Below, piece after piece: positions 26,491 to 38,700 of a DNA stretch of 64,000 nt. The stretch comes from Torpedo marmorata (lineage: Eukaryota). The notes beneath the pieces are model-generated. The model did not search any database and was not told the DNA's origin. It saw nothing but the letters and a program-made list of their open reading frames with translations. The stretch is taken from assembly GCA_977017645.1 (NCBI GenBank), contig OZ360221.1, positions 183,520,001 to 183,584,000 of the forward strand. The letters run 5' to 3'. Positions within the stretch are counted from its first letter, which is position 1; each line of letters begins with the position of its first letter. The position numbers and the translations under genes are program-made.

Positions 26491-26773
26491 TCGATCTGCT
26501 GTATGATTTGGATTCTCTGGATCACACACAAAACAAAGCTTCTTAGGTACACATGACAAGTAAACAATTCATTTCAATTCAATTGAAATAGAGGAATGAA
26601 ACATTTGAGGGGTTCACAACAATATCCTTGAGATTTTATTGCATTGTTGGACCAGTCCTTTATATTACTGCAACTCATCACAATTAAATAGTATCCAACA
26701 TGATGTCCTTCAGATCCTTCCTAATGAACTCAGCTGGAAACAGGGTATTGAAATCACAGTTTTTATGTCAATC

Positions 26774-28220
26774 GCCTTTTTACACCGCCGATTCCTGCCA
26801 ACCCTCCAAGGAACCGGGTAAAGTTCCTGGAAAGGCTGCACCTCCGGGGCCTTTCACACTGCAGCTGGAACCGCTCTGCCACTTTGCCAGCGCCAGGGAA
26901 ACGCAGAGTGGCTCCAGCGGCATGGGGGATTATGGGTAACGAAGACGGCCATTGATCCCGCATTGAGCCGCTGCCGCCCGTTGTTTTTTGATTTCGGTAA
27001 GCTACAAGTTTTTCAATTTTAAAATACTTTTAATATTGTGGCTTAGGTCCCTTTGGCATCGTTAAAGTAACATTTATATTGTTGTATCTCTTATTTCTAT
27101 TTTTATGGGTTTTATGTGACGCAAGCATGCAGGCGCTGACGTCAGTAATATTACTGGGTGAGCCATTTGCTTTTTCAGACTGTCAGAGGACGGCTGCCAG
27201 GTTAACTCAGCCGGGCTCCGAGAGTACCCCCGACTAGGTCTCGGAGCCCGGTTGATTTTGACCTGCCATGCAAAATCAGGATGGCGGCGCTGCCGGAGCC
27301 GCTGTAGCGGCAGCGCTGCCGCTGGTGCGGACCCGCGGGGAGCGTGGGAGCAGAGATACAGTGCTCCCGCGGGGTCCAGCCGCCCAGTCGACTGCCGTCG
27401 GTTCCGCACGGGCTTTGAACGGCCCGTTAAAGGAGCCGACGGTGGTTTTATTTAAGATCCCGCGACCACGGGGTCTGCGCCCAAGATAGCAGCGCCTATT
27501 AATCGGCAGCAGCCACGAGGGGCTGCAGACTCCAGAGAAGCGGGGGACTGGAGCAGGGCACCAGTGGACGGGAAGATCACCCCCCGTCTGAGAAGGAGAA
27601 GCGGAGGAGACGACCCACGGGACGGTGAGCACAGCGGCGGACCGGTGAGGGGCTCTGAGGCTGAAGGACCAGTGCATGCGGCAGGCTGCTGGTGACTTGA
27701 GGCAAGGAACCCGCGGAGGCTGTGGGCTGCTGGAGACTGCTGTCGGGGGACTCACGATGGGCTGCGGACTGCTGGAGGTTGGCTCGAACTGGCTGGAGGA
27801 GTACCAGGTATCAGAACCGGGATGTGAGGGGGTGCCGAGGGCGACCTGACCGTGTTGGAGGTTCGGATCTGGAGCTCGGGATGCCGATCGTTTGGACTGG
27901 ACTCTGTGCGGCTGCGGAAGCGCTGGAGGCGAATCTATGGACATTCGGTGACTCTGGGGGGACTCTCTTTTGCTTCTCTTTCTCTGACTGTAAGGAATGT
28001 TAGAGGCGCTTAGGCAATTTCTGCCGATGGCGAATCTGTCTGCCTTGCAGCAGGCAAAAAGAAATTTTGTGGTATATGACACTGTCTTATTGCTATGACA
28101 ATAAATTGAATCTTGAATCTTGAATCTTGACGGTTGGGCCTTTTCAGACTGGCCGTTTTACAGGTAAGTTCCCGGGAAATCGGACGGTCTGCCCACATAC
28201 ACTCGGCGGTGTGAAAAGGC
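26774..28220. mobile_element. Non-autonomous DNA transposon, probably PIF/Harbinger-like, interrupted by the retroposon at 27280-28130
   Basis: 18 bp TIRs gcctttttacaccgccga / tcggcggtgtgaaaaggc (1 mismatch); internal repeats of (g)cc/ttttca(c/g)actg; TSD not clear. Confidence 0.65.
27280..28130 (+). mobile_element. GC-rich retroposon, young full-length copy
   Basis: Starts gatggcggcgc, ends gacaataaat(tgaatct)3; CpG-rich. Confidence 0.88.
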
Positions 28221-28308
28221 CTCGTGTTTCAAAGAGACACATTTGCTCTGGCCCAGTCAAAGAACAGCAATGTTAAAAGCACATCCATAAAGCAGCCAGA
28301 TAAAAGTA

Positions 28309-28515
28309 CAGGATACCCCAGTTTACGAATACTCGAATTACGAAAATTCACTTTTACGAAGAAAGCCATGTTCGCTGTTACGAAAGGATTTGAATGGGTT
28401 TTCGCTTTTACGAAAATAACCTCCAATAGTAGCGAATGGGTCTTCGCTTTACGCCATTTCGGCTTACGAAAGGTTTCCTAGGAACGCTCTAGTTTTGTAA
28501 AGTGGGGTTTACCTG
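28309..28515. mobile_element. Tc1/mariner (Tigger/pogo-like) MITE
   Basis: TA|caggataccccagtttacgaa ... tttgtaaagtggggtttacctg|TA; internal ttacgaa repeats. Confidence 0.8.
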
Positions 28516-28839
28516 TAATACATTTCATACAATATTGCTGCTATGGAAGAAGTGAAGGCTGAAGCAGAGAAGGAAAATCCTGAAACTGAGATTGATTTGC
28601 TTTCATCAGTCTAGGAGAACTCTGTGGTGTACTAAAACCAATTGTGAAAAATTCATTGTGATCTGCTGGGTGTTGCACAATCTTGCAGATATAGGAACAC
28701 ACGGCAAAGGAACAACAGCAAAGAAAACCACGGTCTGAGCCATAATGCAGAGGCTTAAGAACAGAAAGACAAAGAGTAGCAGGAGGGAGTCGAAAGTGAT
28801 GGGGTGGGGAAGGGGAGTGGTGAGAAATCACTTTACCTT

Positions 28840-29180
28840 TAACCTTATAGAGGTTTATAAAATCATGATGGCATGGATAAAGTGAATGCTCACAGTCTTT
28901 CCCAGAGTGGACGATTATAGAATCAGAGGGTAGAGGTTTAAGGTGAGAGGGAGAGATTTAAGAGGGAACTGAGGGACGATTTTTTTCACTCAGGGCAGTC
29001 TGTATCTGGATTGAAGTTACAAGCAGGTACAATTAAAGTTACAAAAGACATTTGGACAGATATATGGATAGGAAAGGTTTAGAAGGATATGGACCAAATG
29101 CAGGCATATGTGAAAAGCCCTGAATACCAACTTGGATAAGATGGGATTGAGAGTTGTTCTGTGCTGCATGACTCTATGAG
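28840..29180 (+). mobile_element. Old CR1 3' fragment
   Basis: ttatagaggtttataaaatcatg...ctgtgctgcatgactctatga. Confidence 0.75.
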
Positions 29181-30129
29181 TGCTACTGAGAAGTTCATCG
29201 CTCAATGACTTTCTTAACAAGTCCCTCGTACCCTGGCCTGTCTCTGCTCAAATGGGAGATGAGGCTGTACATTTAGTGAAAGAGACCCAGACAATCGAAG
29301 CAGTGAAATATACGGTATGTCAGGATGGAGGAGATTTATGTATTAATATCTTGTAATCAGTGTAGATGGATCTTCAAAGTGGTCTCTGAGGGATTACTCA
29401 GTCAGGTAGGATTTTGCTCTTGCTGTTCCATGTTGTTGGTTATGATTAGAGTGTGCAGAACATCACTTGGTTTGCTTTGAGAATGCTGATGACTAGTGTA
29501 GCTTTCCTATTGACAAGTACCTTGCATACAGCGTGGCTAGTATCTGCCTCTGCTCAGCTGGGTGATGAAGTTTTAGATGCTGAGATTCCCCTGTCACTGT
29601 CTTCTTCAACACTTACTATTAAACTTCCCTCTTTTCATTATGAAAAGACAGCACAACCAAATTCATCAGCAAAAAACAGTCAGGGATCACAAAGTGTCAG
29701 TCCTCAGAGGAGCAGAGCTAGCACAATTGGTGCTTACATTTTCCAGAGTCAGAAGTGGGATCAGACCATTGAAGATGTCATTGAAGATGCCCACACCACA
29801 TTCCCGCACTCAATTTTCACTTCTCCCTCACTCTTCAAGCTACAGCCGTGTCACTTTCATTCCCACCTCATTCATTGCCCAGGTATATTTGTACAAGATT
29901 TTCAACTTGACCATCTGACAGTAAAACTAAAATAAAGGCACTCAGTTCATCTTCTGTCACTTGTTCTTCTGTAACAAAAACACATGCTTCTTCACTTACG
30001 AAAATCAGATCTGCTAAATTCAGCCATCTTCAAGCCGTTGTAGTGACGAAAACACTGTATACAAAAAGCAAATTTCTATCCATTGGTCTGAAACCTGAAG
30101 GCATCTGTTCAATTAGACACTGTGCAAAT

Positions 30130-30575
30130 GAAATGGCAGCACTGCCGCTGGTGCAGACTCGGGAGAGCAGGGACCGGCGACACTGCGCTGCTCCCATCGT
30201 CTTACGGCCTGATCCTGATACGATGGTTCCGTACAGGCCTGTTAAAGGAGCTGATGATGTTTCTTTTTAATATCCTGCAAGCATGGAGGGCTGTGATCAA
30301 GATGGTGGCGTCTGTGCTGGGGAGTGTATCAAGAGGGGTTGCAGACTCCGGGGGAGCAGTGGACCGGCACAGGGCACCATTGAGAAGAAGAAGCATGGGA
30401 GACAACCCTACAGGGAAGGTGACCATGGCAGCACACCAGTGAGGGGCTCAGCGGCTGAAGGATCCACACAGGCTGCGGGTGACTTGCGGTCAAAGGACCC
30501 TCGCAGGCTATGGGCTGCTGGAGACTGGCTGATGGGAACCAGGTATCGGAACTGGGATTCGAGAGGGTGCTGAGG
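30130..30575 (+). mobile_element. GC-rich retroposon, 3'-truncated copy
   Basis: Colinear with about 730-1200. Confidence 0.7.
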
Positions 30576-30610
30576 GAAAAGTTCAAAAAATTAATAGTTC
30601 AAAGTTAAAA

Positions 30611-30873
30611 GTTCAGATTTATTGTCAGAGTACATACATGACATCACATATAACCCTGAGATTCTTTTTTCCTGCGGGCCAGGCAGAATTTCTACTTATT
30701 GGAAGTGCAAAAACTGTACTCAAGAAAAGATATGTAGACAAAAGAGAGAAATGAAAACAAAGAAAGAAATGTAACATAATGACTGCAATACAAAAAAAAA
30801 TAGTAATAAATAATGCGCAAAGTAAGAGTCCTTAAATGAGTCTCGGATAGAGATTGTCGTTTAGGAGTCTGAT
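30611..30873 (-). mobile_element. Rex1/Babar 3' UTR fragment
   Basis: Reverse complement of 40462-40732. Confidence 0.8.
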
Positions 30874-31033
30874 GTTTGGGTGATGTTCCATTCTTGTCCA
30901 GAATCTCCACTTCACACAGGAAATGACTTTTCATGGGTTGTACTTGCTCCTTGTGTTGAGTTCTGGATCTCCGGACTTAAATGCCTGTGATCTGACCCTC
31001 AGCAGGTTCCGGATTTCATTGTTCATCAAGGGC

Positions 31034-31524
31034 TTGGAGCAAGAGGGATCAGGTGATCCGAGGTGCGGCGGCAGTTGGAATTTAAAAAGGGGTGAGGCAG
31101 CAGCTAGAAGCTGATTGGAGCAAGAGCGGTCAGGTGACCTGAGGAGCGGCGGCAGTTAGAATTTAAAAAGGGGTGAGGCAGCAGCTAGAAGCTGATTGGA
31201 GCAAGAGGGATCAGGTGACCTGAGGAGCGGCGGCAGTTAGAATTTAAAAAGGGGCGGGGCAGCAGCTAGAAGCTGATTGGAGCAAGAGCGGTCAGGTGAC
31301 CTGAGGAGCAGCGGCAGTTAGAATTTAAAAAGGGGTGAGGCAGCAGCTAGAAGCTGATTGGAGCAAGAGGGATCAGGTGACCTGAGGAGCGGCGGCAGTT
31401 AGAATTTAAAAAGGGGCGAGGCAGCAGCTAGAAGCTGATTGGAGCAAGAGAGGTCAGGTGACCTGAGGAGCGGCAGCAGTTAGAATTTAAAAAAGGCGAG
31501 GCAGCAGCTAGAAGCTGATTGGAG
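31034..31524 (+). repeat. Tandem array, 6 x 81 bp, at the 5' end of CR1
   Basis: ttggag recurs at 31034, 31115, 31196, 31277, 31358, 31439 and 31519. Confidence 0.95.
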
Positions 31525-31765
31525 GAAGAAGCTGAGTATCACTATAAAATTGAGGAACTGTGTAGTGGAGCGGTCATCGAGGGAGTGGGCTGAGTCAGAG
31601 TCAGAGTGGTAAGGCTTTGGCAAGAACAAGTAAGAGGCGAGGTAGGAGTTGAAGTAAGAAAGGGACACACTATTCGAGGAAAAAAAAGGATTCAGCAGGT
31701 AGGCACAGGTAAGGGCAGGTTTTAAATATCATACATTTTGTTCCTCTAGGCATAAACAGTGGGAA

Positions 31766-32671
31766 TGGCAGCCAAGGCAGGGGAATGCTCCTCATGCAGA
31801 ATGTGGGTTGTCAGGGCAGCCAGCAGTATCGCTGACAACTTCATCTCCAGACAAACCGAGTTAAGGAATTGGAGCAGGAGTTACATGAACTCCAGATCAT
31901 TTGGGAGGCAGAGGGGGTGATAGACAAGAGTTATAGGGACACTCACACCTTGGAGGAAGGAGGAGGGTAGATGGGTGACAGTCAGGAGAAGGAAAGGGAA
32001 CAGGCAGACAGTGCAGGGCACCCCTGTGGCCGTTTCCCTCAATAACAAGTATACCATTTTGGATACTGTTGGGGGGGAACACCTACCAGGCACAAGCCAC
32101 GGCGATCAGGTCTCTGGCACGGAGTCTGGTCCTGTGGCTAAGAAGGGATGGGAGGAGAAGAGGCGAGCTGTAGTGATAGGGGATTCCATAGATAGGGGGC
32201 AGATAAGATGTTCTGTGGAAGAGATCGAGTATCCCGAATTGTATGTTGCCTCCATGGCGCCAGGGTCCGAGATATCTCAGATCGAATTCACGGCATTCTC
32301 AGGAGGGAGGATAAGCAGCCAGATGTCGTGGTCTATATAGGGACCAATGACGTGGGTAGGAAAGGTGAGGAGGTCCTGCAAGGAGAGTTCAGGGAGTTAG
32401 GTGCTAGGTTGAAGGACAGGACCTCCAGGGTTGTGATCTCAGGATTGCTACCCGTGCCATGTGTTAGTGAGGTTAGAAATAGGAGGATAATGCAGCTTAA
32501 TACGTGGCTAAAGACATGGTGAAGGAGGGAGGGCTTCAGGTTTCTGGATTATTGGGCTCTCTTCCAGGAAAGGTGGGACCTTTTCCAAAGAGGCGGTTTG
32601 CATCTGAACTGGAGGGGGACTAATATCCTTGCGGGAAGATTTGCTGGTGCTGTTCCGGTGGGTTTAAACTA
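31766..32671 (+). pseudogene. CR1 ORF1 (zinc finger + SGNH esterase-like domain)
   Basis: ECSSCRMW, VVIGDS, GARVRD, VVYIGTND, GLHLN motifs, frameshifted. Confidence 0.85.
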
Positions 32672-32784
32672 GATTTGCAGGGGGATGGGAACCAGAGTGC
32701 CAGAGCAGGTGGAGGAGTGAAAAAATGATGTGAAAATTACATGCACAATTATAAGTGAATGGGTTGTACATGGTGGAAATTTTC

Positions 32785-35464
32785 TAAAGTGCATCTATTT
32801 CAATGAAAGGATTATTGTAGGAAAGGCAGACGAGCTTAGAGCATGGATTGGCACATGGAATTATGACATTGTGGCCATTAGTGAAACTTGGTTGCAGGAG
32901 GGGCAGGTTCCGGGCTTCAGTTGCTTTAGACGCGATAGAACGGGGGGAGGGGGGGGTGAAAGAGGGTGGAGTGGCATTGCTCGTCAGGAAAATATCTCAT
33001 CTGTGCTCAGGCAGGACAGACCAGAGGGCTCGTCTACTGAGGCTATATGGGTGGAGCTGAGGAACGGGAAAGGTATGACCACACTCATGGGGATGTATTA
33101 TAGACCACCCAATAGTCAACGAGAATTGGAGGAGCAAATCTGTGGAGAGATAACAGACAGCTGCAGGAAACATAAGGTTGTGATAGTAGGAGATTTTAAC
33201 TTTCCACATATTGACTGGGACTCCCATACTCTAAAAGAGCTGGATGGCTTGGAGATTGTCAAATGTGTTCAGAAAAGTTTTCTAAATCAATATATAGAGG
33301 TACCAACCAGAGAGAATGCAATACTGGATCTCCTTTTAGGGAACGAGACAGGACAGGTGACAGAAGTATGTTTAGGGGAACATTTTGGGTCCAGTGATCA
33401 TAATGCCATTAGTTTCAAGTTAATTATGGAGAAGGATAGGTCTGGGCCTCGGGTTGAGATTCTAAATTGGAGAAAGGCTAATTTTGAGGGAATGAGAAAG
33501 AATCGAGAATGCGTGGATTGGGAGAAGTTGTTTTCAGGCAAGGATGTGTGAGGTAAGTGGAGGACCTTCAAAGGTGAAATTTTGAGAGTACAGAGTTTGT
33601 ATTTTCCTGTCGGGATTAAAGGCAAGGTTAGCAGGCATGGAGAACCTTGGTTTCCGAGGGATATTGGGGATCTGGTTTGGAAGAAGAGAGAGGTGTATAG
33701 CAGGTATAGGCAACATGGAGCTAATGAGGTACTTGAGAAGTAGAAAAAATGCAAGAAAAACCTCAAAAAAGAAATCAGGAAGGCAAAAAAAAGACACGAG
33801 GTTGCTTTCGCAAACAATGTGAAGGAAAATCCTAAGGGTTTCTACAGGAATATTAAGAGCAAAAGGATAGTAAGGGACAAAATTGGTCCCCTTGAAGATC
33901 AGAGTGGTCGGCTTTGTAATGGAGCCAAAAGAGATGGGGGAGATCTTAAATGTTTTTTATCATCAGTATTCACTCAGGATACAGGCACAGAGAGGTGGGA
34001 AGTAAGGAAAACAAGCAGTGAGGTCATGGAACCTATACAGATTAAAGAGGAGGAAGTGCTTGCTGTCTTAAAGCAAATAAGGGTGGATAAATCCCCAGGG
34101 CCTGACAAAATATTCCCTCGGACCATGAGGGAGGCTAGTGTAGAAATTGCAGGGGCTCTGGCAGAAATATTTAAAATGTCCTCAGTCACGGGTGTGGTGC
34201 TGGAGGATTGGAGGGTAGCTCAGGTTGTTCCGTTGTTTAAAAAAGGCTCCAAAAGTAACCCTGGAAATTATAGGCTGGTGAGCCTGACGTCAGTAGTAGG
34301 TAAATTATTGGAAGGTGTTCTAAGAAATCGGATATACAATTATTTGGATAGCCAGAAAGTGATTAGGTTTAGTCAACATGGCTTTGTGCGCAGTAGGTCA
34401 TGTTTAACCAATCTTATATTTTCGAGGAGGTTACCAGGAAAGTTGACGAAGGAAAGGCTATGGATGTTGTCTACATGGACTTTAATAAGGCCTTTCACAA
34501 GGTCCCACATGGGAGGTTAGTCAGGAAGGTTCAGACGCTAGGTATTTATCGTGAAGTAGTGAACTGGATTTGACAATGGCTGGATGGGAGAAGCCAGAGA
34601 GTAGTGGTGGATGATTGCTTCTCAGACTGGAGGCCTGTGACTAGTGGTGTGCCTCAGGGATCGGTACTGGGACCATTGGTGTTTGTCATCTATATCAATG
34701 ATCTGGATGATAATGTGGTAAATTGGATCAGCAAGTTTGCAGATAACACTAAGATTGGAGGCATTGTGGACAGCGAAGAAGGTTTTCAAAGCTTGCAGAG
34801 GGATCTGGACCAGCTGGAAAAATGGGCTGAAAACTGGCAGATGGAATTTAATGCAGACAAGTGTGAGGTGTTGCATTTTGGAAGGACAAACTAAGAAAGG
34901 ACGTACAAGGTGAATGGTAGGGCACTGACAAATGCAATAGATCAGAGGGACCTGGGAATAGAGATACATAATTCCCTGAAAGTGGCGTCACAGGTGGATA
35001 GGGTTGGAAAGAGAGTTTTTGGCATATTGGCCTTCATAAATCAAAGTATAGAATATAGGAGCTGGGATGTTATGGTAAAATTGTATAAGACATTGGTGAG
35101 GCCAAATTTGGAGTATTGTGTGCAGTTTTGGTCACCTAACTACAGGAAAGATATCAATAAGATTGAAAGAGTGCAGAGAAGATTTACTAGGATGTTGCCT
35201 GGACTTCAGGAACTGAGTTACAGTGAAAGGTTAAACATGTTGGGACTTTATTCCCTGGAGCGTAGAAGAATGAGTGGAGGTTTGATGGAGGTATATAAAA
35301 TTATGAGGGGGATAGACAGAGTAAATGTAGATAGGCTTTTTCTACTGAGGGTAGGTGAGATACAAACCAGAGGACATGGGTTAAGAGTGAAAGGGCAAAA
35401 GTTTAGGGGGAATGTGAGGGGGAACTTCACATGCACTTTAGTTCACACAGGGAGTGTGGAATGA
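32785..35464 (+). pseudogene. CR1 ORF2 (APE endonuclease + RT), disrupted
   Basis: ISETW, YYRPP, GDFN, SDH, KSPGPD, QHGF, SGVPQGSVLGP, KFAD, LVRPNLEYCVQFW. Confidence 0.92.
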
Positions 35465-35789
35465 GCTGCAGCTGAGGTGGTGAATGCGGGCTCAATGTTA
35501 ACATTTAAGAAGAATTTGGACAGGTAAATGGATGGGAGAGGTATGGAGGGCTATGGACTGGGTGCAGGTCAGTGGGACTAGGAAAAAAAATGGTTCGGCA
35601 CAGACTAGAAGGGCCGAAGGGGCCTGTTTCTGTGCTATAGTGTTCTATGGTTCTATGGCTTCTGACTGGGGAAATCCTGAATGATTTGGAGGTAAACATG
35701 GCTCCCGAAGGGCCTCGGTCTGAAGCTTTCCAGATCATTTCGGAGGTATGGAACCGGAGCTACAACAAAAGACTTCAAAATCCATAGAT

Positions 35790-38700
35790 TAACTGTGAAA
35801 ATGGACAGATTAGTTGAAGATGAAATTTTATGCAGAAAAATATATATTTTGACAGAAAGAACCAGTTTAGGCAGTCGAGGCTAAATGGTACAGTTCTGAA
35901 GAAACTGTTGGAATAAAGAGACCTAGATGTATCTTTGTGCATACCTGTGAAAGTGGCAAAACAGAGAGACTGCTTCCTAACAAGCAAATTGCAAATGATC
36001 CTGGGCTTCATGCACAGAGGCACCATGTTAAGAAATAAGGAATCATTGGAAAATAGTGGTGAGGGCACAACTGGAGTTTTGCATCCCTTTTCAGTCATCA
36101 GGAAGGATGTGATGGTATAAAATGAATATTGCTCATCTGTATTTACCATGGAGAAGGTCATGGAGGCCAAGGAATTAAGGGATATATATAGCAACATCCT
36201 GGAACATATCCATGTTACGAGAGAGGGGGTGCTGGCAGTCTTAAAGTGCATAAAGTTGATAATTACCCAAGGCTTGACCAAGAGCGACAAAGGACATTGT
36301 GTAAGGTTAGGGAAGAATTTGCAGTGGCCCTGGCAGAAATAATTGTGTCATCTCTAGCCATGGGTTTAATGCTTTAAGTCTATGGTGGCTAATGTTGTAC
36401 CTTATTTAAGAAGGGCTGCAAGGACAAGCCAAAGAACTACAGGCCAGGGGGCCTTACATCCGTGATGGTGTTATTAATTAACGGAATTTTGAGGCATTGG
36501 AAAGTAATGATTTTATTTTTGATTTTTTAAAAATATTTTATTTAAAATTTTAAATCACACGATAATACATGTTTATAAAATACAAAATTATCAAAATACA
36601 TGTGATATACTTTCACACTCCCCTCCCTCCCTTCCCCCTCCCTAACCCACCCATCCCGTCTACTCTACTAAAAAAAAAAAAAGAAAAAAGAATAAAGTGT
36701 GGAGAATGTCATTCTAAAAGAAACTATATCAAGAGATCTTCAAATCCTTAAACCCACAGTTTTTGTATATGGGCTCCATACCTTCAAAAAGAAATGATAT
36801 TTGTTACGTAAATTATAAGTAATTTTTTCAAGTGGTATAGCTGAACGAAGTTCTGCATGCCATCTCTCTAACCCTAAATCTACATCAGACTTCCATGTAA
36901 TAGCAATGCATTTCTATGAAACAGCTAAAGCAATTCGCAAAAATTCTATTTGATACATATTTAATCTCATTCTAACACTAATTATTTTAATATCTCCAAA
37001 CAAAAATATCATAGGATCCATTGGGAGTGTAATTTTTAATACTTTATCTAAAAACTTCTTAACTTTCAACCAAAAATCATATATCTTTGGACAAAGCCAC
37101 GAAGAGTGTACAAACGAACCTTCCTCTTTGTTACATCTAAAACATAAACCTGATAATGTTGGGTTAAATTTCTTTCGTTTCTTAGGAGTTAAATATAACT
37201 GATGCAAAAAGTTATATTGCACTAACCTATATCTAACATTAATAATCTTCGTCATACTTTGTTTACATATTTCTTTCCAATGTTCCTCATCTATTGTTAC
37301 ATTCAGATCTAATTCCCATTTTAATCTTGATTTATGAATTCCTGGTTTAGGCATTTTTTTCTGTAACAATCTATACATTTGAGAAATAAATTTATTTATA
37401 CCCCCATTAATAACTAGTAACTCCAATTCACTTTGTCTTGGTAAGATTAAACTATGCCCTAACTTCTCAACCAAAAATGCTCTTATTTGATAATAAGCAA
37501 AGAGTGTATTATTTAATACATTAAACTTCTCTTTCATTCTTTGAAAAGTGATAAATTTACCACCTTCAAAACAGTCATTTACTTTTTAAATCCCTTTTTG
37601 AAACCAAATTTTAAACAATTGATTATCAATAGTAAATGGGATAAGTTTATTTTGATATAAAGGCATGTTACAAGAAATTAACCCTTTCCCTCCTATCTCC
37701 CTATCCAGTTTATTCCATATTTCTAACAAATGCCTTAAAAAAGGAGAGTTTTTACCTCCTCTTAATAATAATTTAGAAAACCATTTATAAATAACTTCTT
37801 CTTTCAAATCTTCTCCTATATTATTTATTTCTATTCTAATCCAAGCATGATTTTCCTAAATCAAACATTTTGTTAATAAATTTTAATTCAGCTGCTTTAT
37901 AATAATTTTGAAAATTGGGGTTGTAAACCAACCATTTCACAATCCCAGGTTAATTTCTCCATACCTACTCTAGCTAACATTCCTTTCCACAAAAATTTCC
38001 TAATAATTAAATTTAAATCCTTAAAAACATTTTGAGGAATTTCATAAGGAATTGATTGAAAAAGATATTGAATTCTTGGAAAGACAATCATTTTGATACA
38101 ATTTACCCTTCCTATTAAAGTTATAGGTAAATCTTTCCAATTCTCTAAATCTTTTTTAATATTAATAAATAATGGTAAATAATTTAATTTATATAAATTA
38201 CCTAATTTTGTATCTATTTTTATTCCCAAATATTTAATTCCATTATTTGACTATTTAAATCGAGTAGTTTATTTACATTTATTATAATCTCCTTGTGTCA
38301 ATGCCATAATTTCACTTTTATCAGAATTAATCTTATAACCAGATATTTCCCCATATTTTCTCAATAAAACAGTCAGTTGCATTAAAGAATCAATAGGTTT
38401 TGTCATGTAAATCAATACATCATCTGCAAACAAACTAATTTTATGTTCTTCTTTTCCAACATTAATACCTACAATTTTAATATCTTGTCTAATTAATTCT
38501 GCTAAAGGTTCTATTGCTAAAATAAACAATGCTGGCGACAAAGGACATCCTTGTCTTGTTGAACTAGACAACAAAAGTTTGAAGAAATTTGTCCATTTGT
38601 CACCGCTCTCGCAGAAGGTTCTTTATATATAGTTTTAATCCAATTAATAAATGTATTTCCAAAACCAAATTTTTCTAACACTTTAAATAAATAGTTCCAG

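Larger units (their letters stand above)
22715..26585 (+). mobile_element. Old Rex1-like LINE remnant hosting several nested insertions
   Basis: LDPLQFA (22765), decayed DYS.AF, KFA/DT and LNVSK; tail catgacaagtaaacaattc at about 26550. Confidence 0.7.
31034..35660 (+). mobile_element. Near full-length CR1 (HER1-like) LINE
   Basis: 5' array, ORF1 with esterase, ORF2 with APE and RT, 3' end gggccgaaggggcctgtttctgtgc..(ttctatgg)n. Confidence 0.93.

Noticed and set aside
29453-29935. 160 aa ORF with a hydrophobic N-terminus as a host exon
   Set aside because: No recognisable motif, non-ATG start and no convincing splice context
31034-31524. CRISPR-like array
   Set aside because: Units are contiguous 81 bp repeats with no unique spacers, there are no cas genes, and the context is a eukaryotic LINE
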